A stretch of DNA of 45,828 nucleotides from a virus (taxonomy: Duplodnaviria; Caudoviricetes), in IMG/VR virus record IMGVR_UViG_3300020045_002299, positions 1 to 45,828 of that record. One strand, given 5' to 3'. Shown piece after piece: positions 38,158 to 45,828 of this stretch. Below the pieces are notes generated by a model. It was not told the origin of the DNA. It made no database searches and saw only the letters and a program-made list of their open reading frames with translations. The stretch's first letter is position 1. Each line of letters opens with the position of its first letter. The position numbers and the translations under genes are program-made.

Positions 38158-38697
38158 ATGGAAAAACAGACACTCATCAACAAATTAAAACCGTTCACCG
38201 GCAACAAACGGACACTCGATACCTCGAGTCTTTGGCTTACTGAGATTAGACACGAAAACGGTTATTTATACGCCTCAAATCGTGAGATCTCAATCAGGGC
38301 GAAAGGCGAACCGGAAACCGAAACGATCCCGATCGGTAAAAGAACGAAACCGCTCTCGTCGTTTTACGAAAATATCGAGGGAGAGTTCCTCGGGACGATC
38401 ACAAAGAAACAACTCCTCGACGCTGTTGCCATAAGCAAAGCCTCCGGAGAGTGGGAGGACGACGATCCGTTCCGCCTAAACCTCATCGAGATCAATGCAA
38501 TATATTTCGATCCGAAATACATCAAAAAGATCTCAACACTCGGCAACCTGTTCCAGGTTTACACTTGTGCCACGTTCCCGCTGATTAACAACGCGCTTTT
38601 TTTAAAAGTCGGAGTTTTCGAGGTTCTGCTGTTGCGCCGCATCACCGACCACATCGAAAAGGTCGAGATCGATAATAAAATCACAATCACAAAATAA
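38158..38697 (+). CDS. Hypothetical protein
   Basis: Long ORF in the operon. Confidence 0.75.
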   Translation: MEKQTLINKLKPFTGNKRTLDTSSLWLTEIRHENGYLYASNREISIRAKGEPETETIPIGKRTKPLSSFYENIEGEFLGTITKKQLLDAVAISKASGEWEDDDPFRLNLIEINAIYFDPKYIKKISTLGNLFQVYTCATFPLINNALFLKVGVFEVLLLRRITDHIEKVEIDNKITITK

Positions 38698-38703
38698 TTT
38701 TAT

Positions 38704-39159
38704 ATGGCACTTTTCAGAAAACCAATCCGGCCACGTCAAGCACTTTGGAACGGCGGCGCGGAGTTCGTAACCTTTGAGTTTTGTAATTATCGCGTCCTGG
38801 AGCATGAGACTCCGACCTGGTGGCCAAACCAGCACATCGGGCAGATCCGGCAGGGCATCGAGATCACCGACAGCACCGGCCACGTTTTCCTCATCGACAA
38901 CCAGCACGGCGAGGGATACCGAAAACTCATCGAGTTTGGAGGCAGTCCCAAAGTCAACCACAAATCCGTCATTAATTACGAGATCGTCGATAAGGATCTC
39001 GACGACAAAGATTGGCATTTCAAATATGACGGCGCGGCAATTAAAGCCGAGTTTGAGGCTCACGAGAATTGGATGCGGGAAAACCATTTCGAGGCGTTCG
39101 AGCGTCTCCGGAAAATGAGAGAGTCGTTTGAGGAGCAACAAAAGAACGGTTTCCGATAA
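38704..39159 (+). CDS. Hypothetical protein
   Basis: ORF in the operon. Confidence 0.75.
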   Translation: MALFRKPIRPRQALWNGGAEFVTFEFCNYRVLEHETPTWWPNQHIGQIRQGIEITDSTGHVFLIDNQHGEGYRKLIEFGGSPKVNHKSVINYEIVDKDLDDKDWHFKYDGAAIKAEFEAHENWMRENHFEAFERLRKMRESFEEQQKNGFR

Positions 39160-39287
39160 TGTCTCCCGACACTAAGTGCATGCTGAAAAATGCAATAATC
39201 ACGATTTTAATTATACTGCTAATATGGATAATAAAATGTTTTTTCCCGGAGATTTACAACTCCTTAAAAGCCGACTCGCCACGTTAG
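39159..39287 (+). CDS. 42-aa membrane peptide (below ORF-track cutoff)
   Basis: TAATG coupling; MSPDTKCMLKNAIITILIILLIWIIKCFFPEIYNSLKADSPR. Confidence 0.55.
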   Translation: MSPDTKCMLKNAIITILIILLIWIIKCFFPEIYNSLKADSPR

Positions 39288-39718
39288 AGCAACGCGAGTC
39301 CGATCGACTCCAGGACGGAGACATCGCTGGATTTTATGAAGTGAGCGCACAAACCAGGCGCGTCCGGTCGTGGATTATGGAGTTATGTTTCATCGTCGTT
39401 GACGATCCGATCTCAGGAGAGGCGATACCGAACGTCGAGGCAATGGATCGATATATAAAAGGATTTTTCGATGTCAAAATTAAGACTGAGGAAAAACCAA
39501 ATTACACCAGGATCGAGGCGAAAACCATCGGAGTCATCGCTGAAACCCGAGACGATTTCGATAATTATGTCCGGGATCGACAGCCGATTTACGTCCATGT
39601 TACCGATGGAGTCGCTTTAACCGGCAGACGCTTCGACGAGATCCTGTTCGGATACAATCACGACAACGTCAGCGATCAAGTCAAAAACGCCGCTCTCACG
39701 CGGATAAAAAAGAGATAA
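39236..39718 (+). CDS. Hypothetical protein
   Basis: Likely start at ATG 39236 (or 39224). Confidence 0.7.
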   Translation: MFFPGDLQLLKSRLATLEQRESDRLQDGDIAGFYEVSAQTRRVRSWIMELCFIVVDDPISGEAIPNVEAMDRYIKGFFDVKIKTEEKPNYTRIEAKTIGVIAETRDDFDNYVRDRQPIYVHVTDGVALTGRRFDEILFGYNHDNVSDQVKNAALTRIKKR

Positions 39719-39720
39719 CG

Positions 39721-40071
39721 ATGGAAACGACACCGAAACCTCATCCGCTCGCACTTACGTCTTACAGGCCGTCCAACGGCTCGGAGGGATGTTACTTCGC
39801 TGAGTTGTTTTGCGATCAATGCGCTCACGAAAAACAGACTCACACCGGCGACGACAACGATCGGGCATGCGAGATAATTATGCTCTCCATGTGTTTTGAC
39901 CAAAACGATCCGGAATATCCGAAAGAGTGGATTTATGACAACGACGGCCATCCGACTTGTACAAAGTTTAAGCGGCACGTTTGGCGCGACAGTTATACCG
40001 GAGACCTGATCGATTACGAACTCCCTGAGCCTCTCGATCCTGCTCAGTTAGATATATTTCAAAACCTTTAA
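39721..40071 (+). CDS. Cys-rich hypothetical protein
   Basis: YRPSNGSEG..F...FC..C...C...CTKF. Confidence 0.75.
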   Translation: METTPKPHPLALTSYRPSNGSEGCYFAELFCDQCAHEKQTHTGDDNDRACEIIMLSMCFDQNDPEYPKEWIYDNDGHPTCTKFKRHVWRDSYTGDLIDYELPEPLDPAQLDIFQNL

Positions 40072-40211
40072 AACCCGACAGCGATAAGCACCCGACGCGA
40101 CCATTACGCTCGATTTGATCCTCGGCCAAACTGCATTAAGAGGATGCAGGAACGCCACACCGGTCAAGGATCACGCTGGAGGAAAAACCAAACAATTTAA
40201 AATTTTATCTT

Positions 40212-40649
40212 ATGAATTTAAACGACGAAATCGTCCGGGCGTTATCCTGGAAAGAGCCATTTGCCTCTGCCATGCTAATCGGGAAAATCGAGACAAGAAC
40301 CTGGGACACAAAATATCGCGGCCTGGTGCTGATATGTGCCAGCCAAAAGAAATACACCGAGGGAGAGATTATCGAGATCTCAGGACAGCACCAGGCGCAG
40401 AGAGTCCTCAACCTCATCAACACAAAGCGCATAATCGAGCGGCCAGGTAAAGCGATCGCCATCGCCCGACTGATCGACTCGCGGCCGATGACTCCGAAAG
40501 ACGAGGACGCATGCCTGGTAAAGTACCGGCCGGGATTGTTCTGCCATGTTTACGCCGAGGTTATCCCGATCAGATGGTTTGACTGGAAAGGATCTCAGGG
40601 ATGGCGAACGCTCACCGAGGATCAAAAACAGTTAATCGATATTGCATGA
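40212..40649 (+). CDS. ASCH domain protein
   Basis: RALSWKEPFA...G.KIETR.W.T.YRG.VLICAS; KG.QG. Confidence 0.85.
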   Translation: MNLNDEIVRALSWKEPFASAMLIGKIETRTWDTKYRGLVLICASQKKYTEGEIIEISGQHQAQRVLNLINTKRIIERPGKAIAIARLIDSRPMTPKDEDACLVKYRPGLFCHVYAEVIPIRWFDWKGSQGWRTLTEDQKQLIDIA

Positions 40650-41035
40650 TAAGAGTGTATTTTCAACCGGAGAACTCAACCGTATGCGGCCAGCACTCCG
40701 TCGCGACTATCGCCGGAATTACTCCGGATCAAAGCATCCGAGTATTTAAAACGACCGCATGCACCAGCACAAAGCAAGTCGTCCAGGCTCTCGAGATCCT
40801 CGGAGTGCCATGCGAAAAGCGGCTCATCAGGACAAACAAAAAGACAACGCTCCCAGATCTCTGCATTTTGCAAATCCGTTACAAAGAAAGGCCAAACGGA
40901 GGCCATTGGGCAGTCTATTACAAAGGGATGGTTTACTGCTCCGGCCTCGGGATTTACGATGTCTCAGCGCACAAAAAAGATCCCTGGTTCGGTCGGATTA
41001 CTTCATATTTAACAATCTATAAAAAATTTGAATAG
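40646..41035 (+). CDS. Peptidase C39-like (papain-fold) protein
   Basis: Q.....CG...VA; GHWAVY. Confidence 0.6.
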   Translation: MIRVYFQPENSTVCGQHSVATIAGITPDQSIRVFKTTACTSTKQVVQALEILGVPCEKRLIRTNKKTTLPDLCILQIRYKERPNGGHWAVYYKGMVYCSGLGIYDVSAHKKDPWFGRITSYLTIYKKFE

Positions 41036-41449
41036 ATGGACGACATATTTACAAAAGTTAAGGATTCTATCGAGTATTATGCCGAAAGCATCGCAAAGGA
41101 GATCCTGGAGAAACAATACCTCGAGACCGGGGACGTAACTCAAACAATAAAAACCCGGATACTGTTTGCGCTCCAGGATATTTTCAAAGGTCAAATTACA
41201 GAGACCGAAAAACGACGACGGGATCTCGCCGATGAGTATCGAAACCAATCGACTCCAAACTGGAGGAAAGAGGATCTTAAACGGATGCTCGGCAGGCTCA
41301 AAACTGAGTCAAAAGACATAAACCGGACATACCATACCGTTAAGCATGTCAACGAATACGAGGAGTTAAAGAGTTTCGTCCGGGAACGTCTCGGAGAGGA
41401 TGCTTTCCGAGAATTTTGCGACAATTATCAAACTCAAAACCCACAATAA
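41036..41449 (+). CDS. Hypothetical helical protein
   Basis: Coupled ORF. Confidence 0.7.
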   Translation: MDDIFTKVKDSIEYYAESIAKEILEKQYLETGDVTQTIKTRILFALQDIFKGQITETEKRRRDLADEYRNQSTPNWRKEDLKRMLGRLKTESKDINRTYHTVKHVNEYEELKSFVRERLGEDAFREFCDNYQTQNPQ

Positions 41450-41461
41450 AAAAGTAAAAAC

Positions 41462-41770
41462 ATGGAAAATCTAAACGTTATCGGGTTAATCTTTACGGAT
41501 GGCTCAAAGTATTGGATCGCCGCTCCATCGATGGAGGCGGCTCGAAAATGGTACGACCTGGAGGGAGATTATGCTCTCGATGGATCTGAGACCTGGAAAC
41601 AACTGTCCGAGGAGGAAATCGACGACTTTAAAGTCTCTCTCGCAAATTTCCAAAGCGAAGCACCTGGAGACGGATGGCCTGACACGATGCCGCTCCGCGA
41701 ATTTATCAAAGACTGCACTCTTTACAACGGAGAGACTCCGGAAATCATTTGCTCGACCGATTACGATTAA
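41462..41770 (+). CDS. Acidic hypothetical protein
   Basis: A-rich start context. Confidence 0.7.
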   Translation: MENLNVIGLIFTDGSKYWIAAPSMEAARKWYDLEGDYALDGSETWKQLSEEEIDDFKVSLANFQSEAPGDGWPDTMPLREFIKDCTLYNGETPEIICSTDYD

Positions 41771-41773
41771 GCC

Positions 41774-42112
41774 ATGAATATAAAGGAAAATGTTACGGTT
41801 TTCGAGTGCGAGCATTGTAAAAAACGGCTTTTCGTCCGTCATGCGATGGCTTTGAGCCGCCTAAATTTAATTTCTAAATATATAATTATGGAATGGGAAA
41901 ACATTATCCAAAATCTAATCCTCATCGCAGGAAAGTCCGGCATCCAGCCAAACAGGATCGTCGTTAATAATTTCACTTATCAACTGATAAGCGAGGAGTT
42001 TGCCCGAAAGGAGATCCTCAAATCGAGCCGAAACTTTCTCGGCCTCCGGGTTCACATCGACGACGATTACTCGGAACTGAATAAAATCGTTATTGAAATC
42101 GATAATTTATAA
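41774..42112 (+). CDS. Hypothetical protein; probably a truncated CxxC gene fused in frame to a gene starting at 41888
   Basis: Internal AT-rich start context before ATG 41888. Confidence 0.55.
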   Translation: MNIKENVTVFECEHCKKRLFVRHAMALSRLNLISKYIIMEWENIIQNLILIAGKSGIQPNRIVVNNFTYQLISEEFARKEILKSSRNFLGLRVHIDDDYSELNKIVIEIDNL

Positions 42113-42115
42113 GCT

Positions 42116-42505
42116 ATGAAAATACACGGGAACTTAGAAAAATTAAACTTCGACAAATCGTTGCAACCTCTTTTCGATGCAATGCTCGCCGGTAAAGTGA
42201 TAACGTCGGTCGTCTGCATGGGAGGATCTGCCAACAAAGACGACCGGAGCGCGGACTTTACGATTACCAACTTTGTCGCCTCCGATTATTGGGTGGCGAT
42301 GTCCTCCAGCGGAGATAAACATTTCGATTACGTCGATCTCTTTCTCTCCGACAATCCTCGAAACTCCTTTTACATGAATTGGGTGTTATCTTATCAAATC
42401 GACGGAAAGCTGATCCACACCTCGAACGTCGCAAACCCGAAAAATTATAACTGCCAGGTTCGGGAGGAGTGCCAGTATCCGAGTTGCGAATGTCACAACT
42501 ATTAA
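42116..42505 (+). CDS. Hypothetical protein
   Basis: ORF in the operon; Cys-rich tail. Confidence 0.7.
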   Translation: MKIHGNLEKLNFDKSLQPLFDAMLAGKVITSVVCMGGSANKDDRSADFTITNFVASDYWVAMSSSGDKHFDYVDLFLSDNPRNSFYMNWVLSYQIDGKLIHTSNVANPKNYNCQVREECQYPSCECHNY

Positions 42506-42515
42506 ATAAAAAATT

Positions 42516-42905
42516 ATGAGAATTAAAATTTACACCGACGACCAACTGGTCGAGGGAATTAAAGAGCGTTGTCGTAACGGCCTCGAGTTCGCCAGGTCGA
42601 GCCATTTCCAAATCGGCGAGTATTTCGTCGTTTGCAATATCGAGGACAAACATCGCGCTCAGGTAATTGTCTCCATGATGACCATCGAGGACTCAGATAA
42701 TAACGGCTGGACGAAAATAAAACCGGACGGGAGTAATTTGCCTGATCCATCAGATCCGGGACTGTTTACCGTCGGAAAGCGAACGAAACGAGAGTTTTAC
42801 GAGTACAAAGGTCGCCTCGAGAGTTGGGGTTTGAAGTCCGAATTTTTACGGAAAGAGATTACTCATTTTCGCCGGTCGATGAAAGACATGCCTCCAAAAG
42901 ACTAA
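42516..42905 (+). CDS. Hypothetical protein (NNGW..I....LP motif)
   Basis: ORF in the operon. Confidence 0.7.
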   Translation: MRIKIYTDDQLVEGIKERCRNGLEFARSSHFQIGEYFVVCNIEDKHRAQVIVSMMTIEDSDNNGWTKIKPDGSNLPDPSDPGLFTVGKRTKREFYEYKGRLESWGLKSEFLRKEITHFRRSMKDMPPKD

Positions 42906-42915
42906 AGATCGTAAA

Positions 42916-43239
42916 ATGAAAGTCGTCCACAAATCAGACACGCCGGTCGATGTCCCGGACTCAGCGATCGATCACCGTATCACCTGGGACAGCAAAAAGG
43001 GAAAGTATGTTTTTAAAACCCACATTTGCGCCGATTGTGGCACGTCGTTCCGATGGGACGAGGATTGTCTCTCCAGGATTGTTTTGCCGTCCTGGAAAGA
43101 CCTCTCCCGGATGAGTATGTCCGAATTAAACCTCATCGACGATAACGAGTTGATTTGCTCGGATTGTAGCGCAAAGATCCCAAAAGATAATATTTCAGAT
43201 CTGCAAAAACCATACGAGCCAAACGAGACTCCTTACTGA
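42916..43239 (+). CDS. Zinc-finger hypothetical protein
   Basis: CADC...CSDC. Confidence 0.7.
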   Translation: MKVVHKSDTPVDVPDSAIDHRITWDSKKGKYVFKTHICADCGTSFRWDEDCLSRIVLPSWKDLSRMSMSELNLIDDNELICSDCSAKIPKDNISDLQKPYEPNETPY

Positions 43240-43417
43240 CAGCGGAGAGAGAAAAACACCAATAGTAAAAACACAATCCGAAAGGAGGGGAGATCCTCTC
43301 CAGCACCCAAAACCGCGAAACAATTACTCACCTAATTGTCAGCGGTTTATGTTTTGGAAATCGCGACGAAACCCGCAAATAGGTTGCTTTTTATCCATAA
43401 CCAAAAAGGCATCGGTT

Positions 43418-43431
43418 TTTTTATACCTTTG
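43418..43431 (+). promoter_or_regulatory. Promoter for the terminase genes (TTTTTA-TACCTTTG)
   Basis: TAnnTTTG at 43424-43431. Confidence 0.65.
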
Positions 43432-43458
43432 AGGCATCACTCAAAACAATAATTTGAA

Positions 43459-43872
43459 ATGGAAAGGGATAAAATTTCAAACGAGAAAATACAAAAGGCA
43501 TTTTTTGACAGTTACGGCATTATAACCGACGCGGCTCGAAAATTACGCATACACCGCAAAACGCTCGAGGGATGGTGTAAAGCCGAACCGATCCTCGAGG
43601 AGTATCGTCAGGACGGACGCGGCCGACTCAAAGATCTCACCGAGGGCGCACTCATCAAAAACATCAAAGCCGGGAAAGAGGCGACGATTATCTTTGTCTC
43701 GAAAACCTTAAACCGGGATCGCGGATACATGGAGCGCATGGAGATCGTCGATAAGAACAAAGCGACCGACGCGCTGGATGACATGAGCGAGGACGAGATC
43801 CTGGCTCACATGGTCAACACAAACCGTCGTCTCTCAGACATCGCCTCCAGGCCGGAAACCAAATCCGAGTAA
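43459..43872 (+). CDS. terS: Terminase small subunit
   Basis: N-terminal HTH (GIITDAARKLRIHRKTL..W), IIF..KT...RGY; adjacent to TerL. Confidence 0.85.
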   Translation: MERDKISNEKIQKAFFDSYGIITDAARKLRIHRKTLEGWCKAEPILEEYRQDGRGRLKDLTEGALIKNIKAGKEATIIFVSKTLNRDRGYMERMEIVDKNKATDALDDMSEDEILAHMVNTNRRLSDIASRPETKSE

Positions 43873-43875
43873 GTA

Positions 43876-45375
43876 ATGGCTCAGACTCGCCGAGAATCAT
43901 TAATCGCGCTCGCAAAGGAGCAACGGAAGCAACACGCGGCACTTGCAAAGCAAAAACTCGCGTACTTTGCAACGTATGTCGATCCGGAGGCCGAGACGGT
44001 TTGGTTTCATAAACTCATATACGACTACCTGGACAAATGGATCGCCAAAGACATCAAAAAGCTGGCGATCTTTATACCTCCTCAGCATGGTAAATCGAGG
44101 ATGTCGTCCGTCATCACTCCGGCAAAGATCCTCGGGAGCATGCCAAAGAGTAAGGTCGTCGTCGCATCCTACTCGGACACCAACGCCTCGAAATTTAACC
44201 GGTCATGTCAGGACATTATCGATAAGCGCGAATTTTCGGAACTGTATCCCGGCGTTTACCTGCCATCGAAAGGAGTCGAGACGACCAACGAACTCCGAAA
44301 TAATACTTACTTTGAGACCGTAAAGCATAAGGGATATTATAAAGCCGTTTCGATCGGTGGATCTCTTACTGGTTTTACAATCGATTTCGGCATTATTGAC
44401 GATCCGATCAAAGACAGAAAGCAAGCGAACTCGAAAGTATATCGCGACTCGATTTGGGACTGGTACGTGGACGTATTTAAGACCAGGTTACACAATGACT
44501 CCTCTCAGCTTATGTTATTCACGAGATGGCACGAGGACGACCTGGCTGGCCGGTTATTTGATCCGAGAAACGAGCATTACAACGCGGACGAGGCCGCTGA
44601 GTGGACAGTTATCGCGATCCCGGCGTTAAAGGAACTCACCAAACCAATCCCGATCGCGATCGACGTGGACGATCCTCGGTCGATCGGCGAGGCTCTTTGG
44701 CCGGACAAACACTCGGCCGAGAAGTACGAGAGGCGAAAACAGACCTCTCCCCAATCGTTCTCGTCCCTGGATCAACAACGGCCGTCCCCGGCCGGAGGTA
44801 ACAAACTTAAAAGGGAATGGTTTCAGGTCATCGATGCGAAAGAGTTGCCATTTAATCCGCTCCTGGTTAAAAAAAACTTTTGGATCGACGGTGCGTTCAC
44901 GGCAAAGATGGAGAACGACGAGTCGGCTCAGATGAGCGAGGTGTTTTACAAAGGCAATTTATATATTTTCAATGCCGCCGGTGTCCGAAAGGAGTTAAAC
45001 GAGTACCTCGAGTTTATCGTCCCCTGGCTCAAAGCTGAGGGATATAAAAGCACGTCTCAGGTAAACATCGAGTTAAAAGCATCAGGTTACGGATTTTATT
45101 CGATGCTCAAACAGCCGCGATATGGCCGCATTAATGTCGTCAAAGTAAATAACAAAGTCGTCGCTTACGGAAAGTTAAACCGCGTCGAGAACGCGCAACC
45201 GACACTCGCGTCCGGAAAGGTCTTTCTCGTGAAAGGAGGATGGAACGCCGCCTTTATCGATCAATGTTGTAACTTTCCGAACGACGTTCACGACGATATG
45301 CTGGATCTGTTATGTTATGCCATCCATCAATATTTCATCACCGACACCGAGGTCATCGTCCGGATCTCAAACTAA
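43876..45375 (+). CDS. terL: Terminase large subunit
   Basis: PPQHGKS Walker A, IIDDP Walker B, TRWHEDDL, C-terminal HDDMLD nuclease motif. Confidence 0.95.
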   Translation: MAQTRRESLIALAKEQRKQHAALAKQKLAYFATYVDPEAETVWFHKLIYDYLDKWIAKDIKKLAIFIPPQHGKSRMSSVITPAKILGSMPKSKVVVASYSDTNASKFNRSCQDIIDKREFSELYPGVYLPSKGVETTNELRNNTYFETVKHKGYYKAVSIGGSLTGFTIDFGIIDDPIKDRKQANSKVYRDSIWDWYVDVFKTRLHNDSSQLMLFTRWHEDDLAGRLFDPRNEHYNADEAAEWTVIAIPALKELTKPIPIAIDVDDPRSIGEALWPDKHSAEKYERRKQTSPQSFSSLDQQRPSPAGGNKLKREWFQVIDAKELPFNPLLVKKNFWIDGAFTAKMENDESAQMSEVFYKGNLYIFNAAGVRKELNEYLEFIVPWLKAEGYKSTSQVNIELKASGYGFYSMLKQPRYGRINVVKVNNKVVAYGKLNRVENAQPTLASGKVFLVKGGWNAAFIDQCCNFPNDVHDDMLDLLCYAIHQYFITDTEVIVRISN

Positions 45376-45405
45376 AGGATCACGACAGTAATGTCGCGAA
45401 CAGCC

Positions 45406-45438
45406 AACGCGGTCTCGATTTGAGTCCGCGTTTTTTTT
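45406..45438 (+). terminator. Rho-independent terminator after terL
   Basis: AACGCGG.CTC-GATTT-GAG.CCGCGTT followed by a T-run. Confidence 0.8.
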
Positions 45439-45450
45439 GTGGCATCACAT

Positions 45451-45500
45451 TAAAATAAATTAAATAATGTTTGGAGATTAAATAATTTACTTTATATTTG
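45451..45500 (+). promoter_or_regulatory. Early promoter cassette identical to 33601-33650
   Basis: Exact 50-bp repeat. Confidence 0.88.
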
Positions 45501-45530
45501 TACTCACATAACAGCAAATAATAAAACAAA

Positions 45531-45794
45531 ATGGCAAGATTATCCCAATTACTCGAACGTCGCGAAAGACTCATCGCTATTAACAACAACCTCGCAAACC
45601 AATATTTCAGGGACGATGCTAAGATCAAAGCCAAAAAGAACAAAGTCCAGGAACTTCTCTCGAAACTCAACGGCGAGCGTTATGCAGTTGAGGCGGCGCA
45701 ATACAAAGCGCACCAGCAAACTCCCGAGCATGCCGCATTAATGGCAACGAAAGGCGCGAGCGGTTTCCAAATCCTTTTACACTCGAGACCATGA
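45531..45794 (+). CDS. Hypothetical early protein
   Basis: First gene after the promoter. Confidence 0.75.
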   Translation: MARLSQLLERRERLIAINNNLANQYFRDDAKIKAKKNKVQELLSKLNGERYAVEAAQYKAHQQTPEHAALMATKGASGFQILLHSRP

Positions 45795-45828
45795 GAGCCG
45801 AGTTACTTAACTGGCATCGTGATCTCGT

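Larger units (their letters stand above)
1..45828 (+). mobile_element. Complete tailed phage genome (siphovirus-like, Bacteroidota host, probably lytic)
   Basis: Terminase, portal, capsid, tape measure, lysis and replication modules all present; unidirectional genes; ORF reads through the end-to-start join; no integrase seen. Confidence 0.93.

Noticed and set aside
40073-40178. tRNA or hammerhead ribozyme
   Set aside because: No cloverleaf or TTC arm, and no CUGAnGA/GAAA core
21-45731. Numerous minus-strand and nested ORFs in the six-frame track
   Set aside because: They overlap well-supported + strand genes and lack motifs; most likely antisense shadows of biased codon usage

Overview
The window looks like a complete, circularly closed genome (~45.8 kb) of a tailed dsDNA phage, probably a siphovirus. 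Its host is a Bacteroidota bacterium, most likely Flavobacteriaceae: promoters are TTTG-N19-TAnnTTTG, starts are A-rich without Shine-Dalgarno sites, and it carries a DUF3127 gene. All credible genes lie on the + strand. Gene order: accessory block (45531->2324, crossing the join); virion module (probable tail tube, portal, scaffold, major capsid, neck, fibre, frameshifted tail chaperone, tape measure, tail tip; 2481-25315), whose capsid and tube resemble from memory those of Bacteroides phages B40-8/B124-14; lysis cassette (holin, amidase, secreted SNase nuclease, unimolecular spanin); recombination/replication genes (HTH, SSAP-position protein, YqaJ-like exonuclease, initiator, RuvC-like, DUF3127); a long early accessory region (nucleotidyltransferase, HNH, ASCH, C39-like peptidase); then TerS/TerL. 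I saw no integrase, DNA polymerase, methyltransferase, tRNA or CRISPR array. The most intriguing unexplained structures are: a three-unit interspaced repeat array with terminator directly after a tail gene that ends in a compositionally foreign C-terminal domain; a candidate GU-rich sRNA complementary to AC-rich gene leaders; a secreted nuclease inside the lysis cassette; near-identical 50-bp early promoter cassettes; and strong enrichment of certain palindromes. All family assignments come from motif recognition by eye, not database searches.
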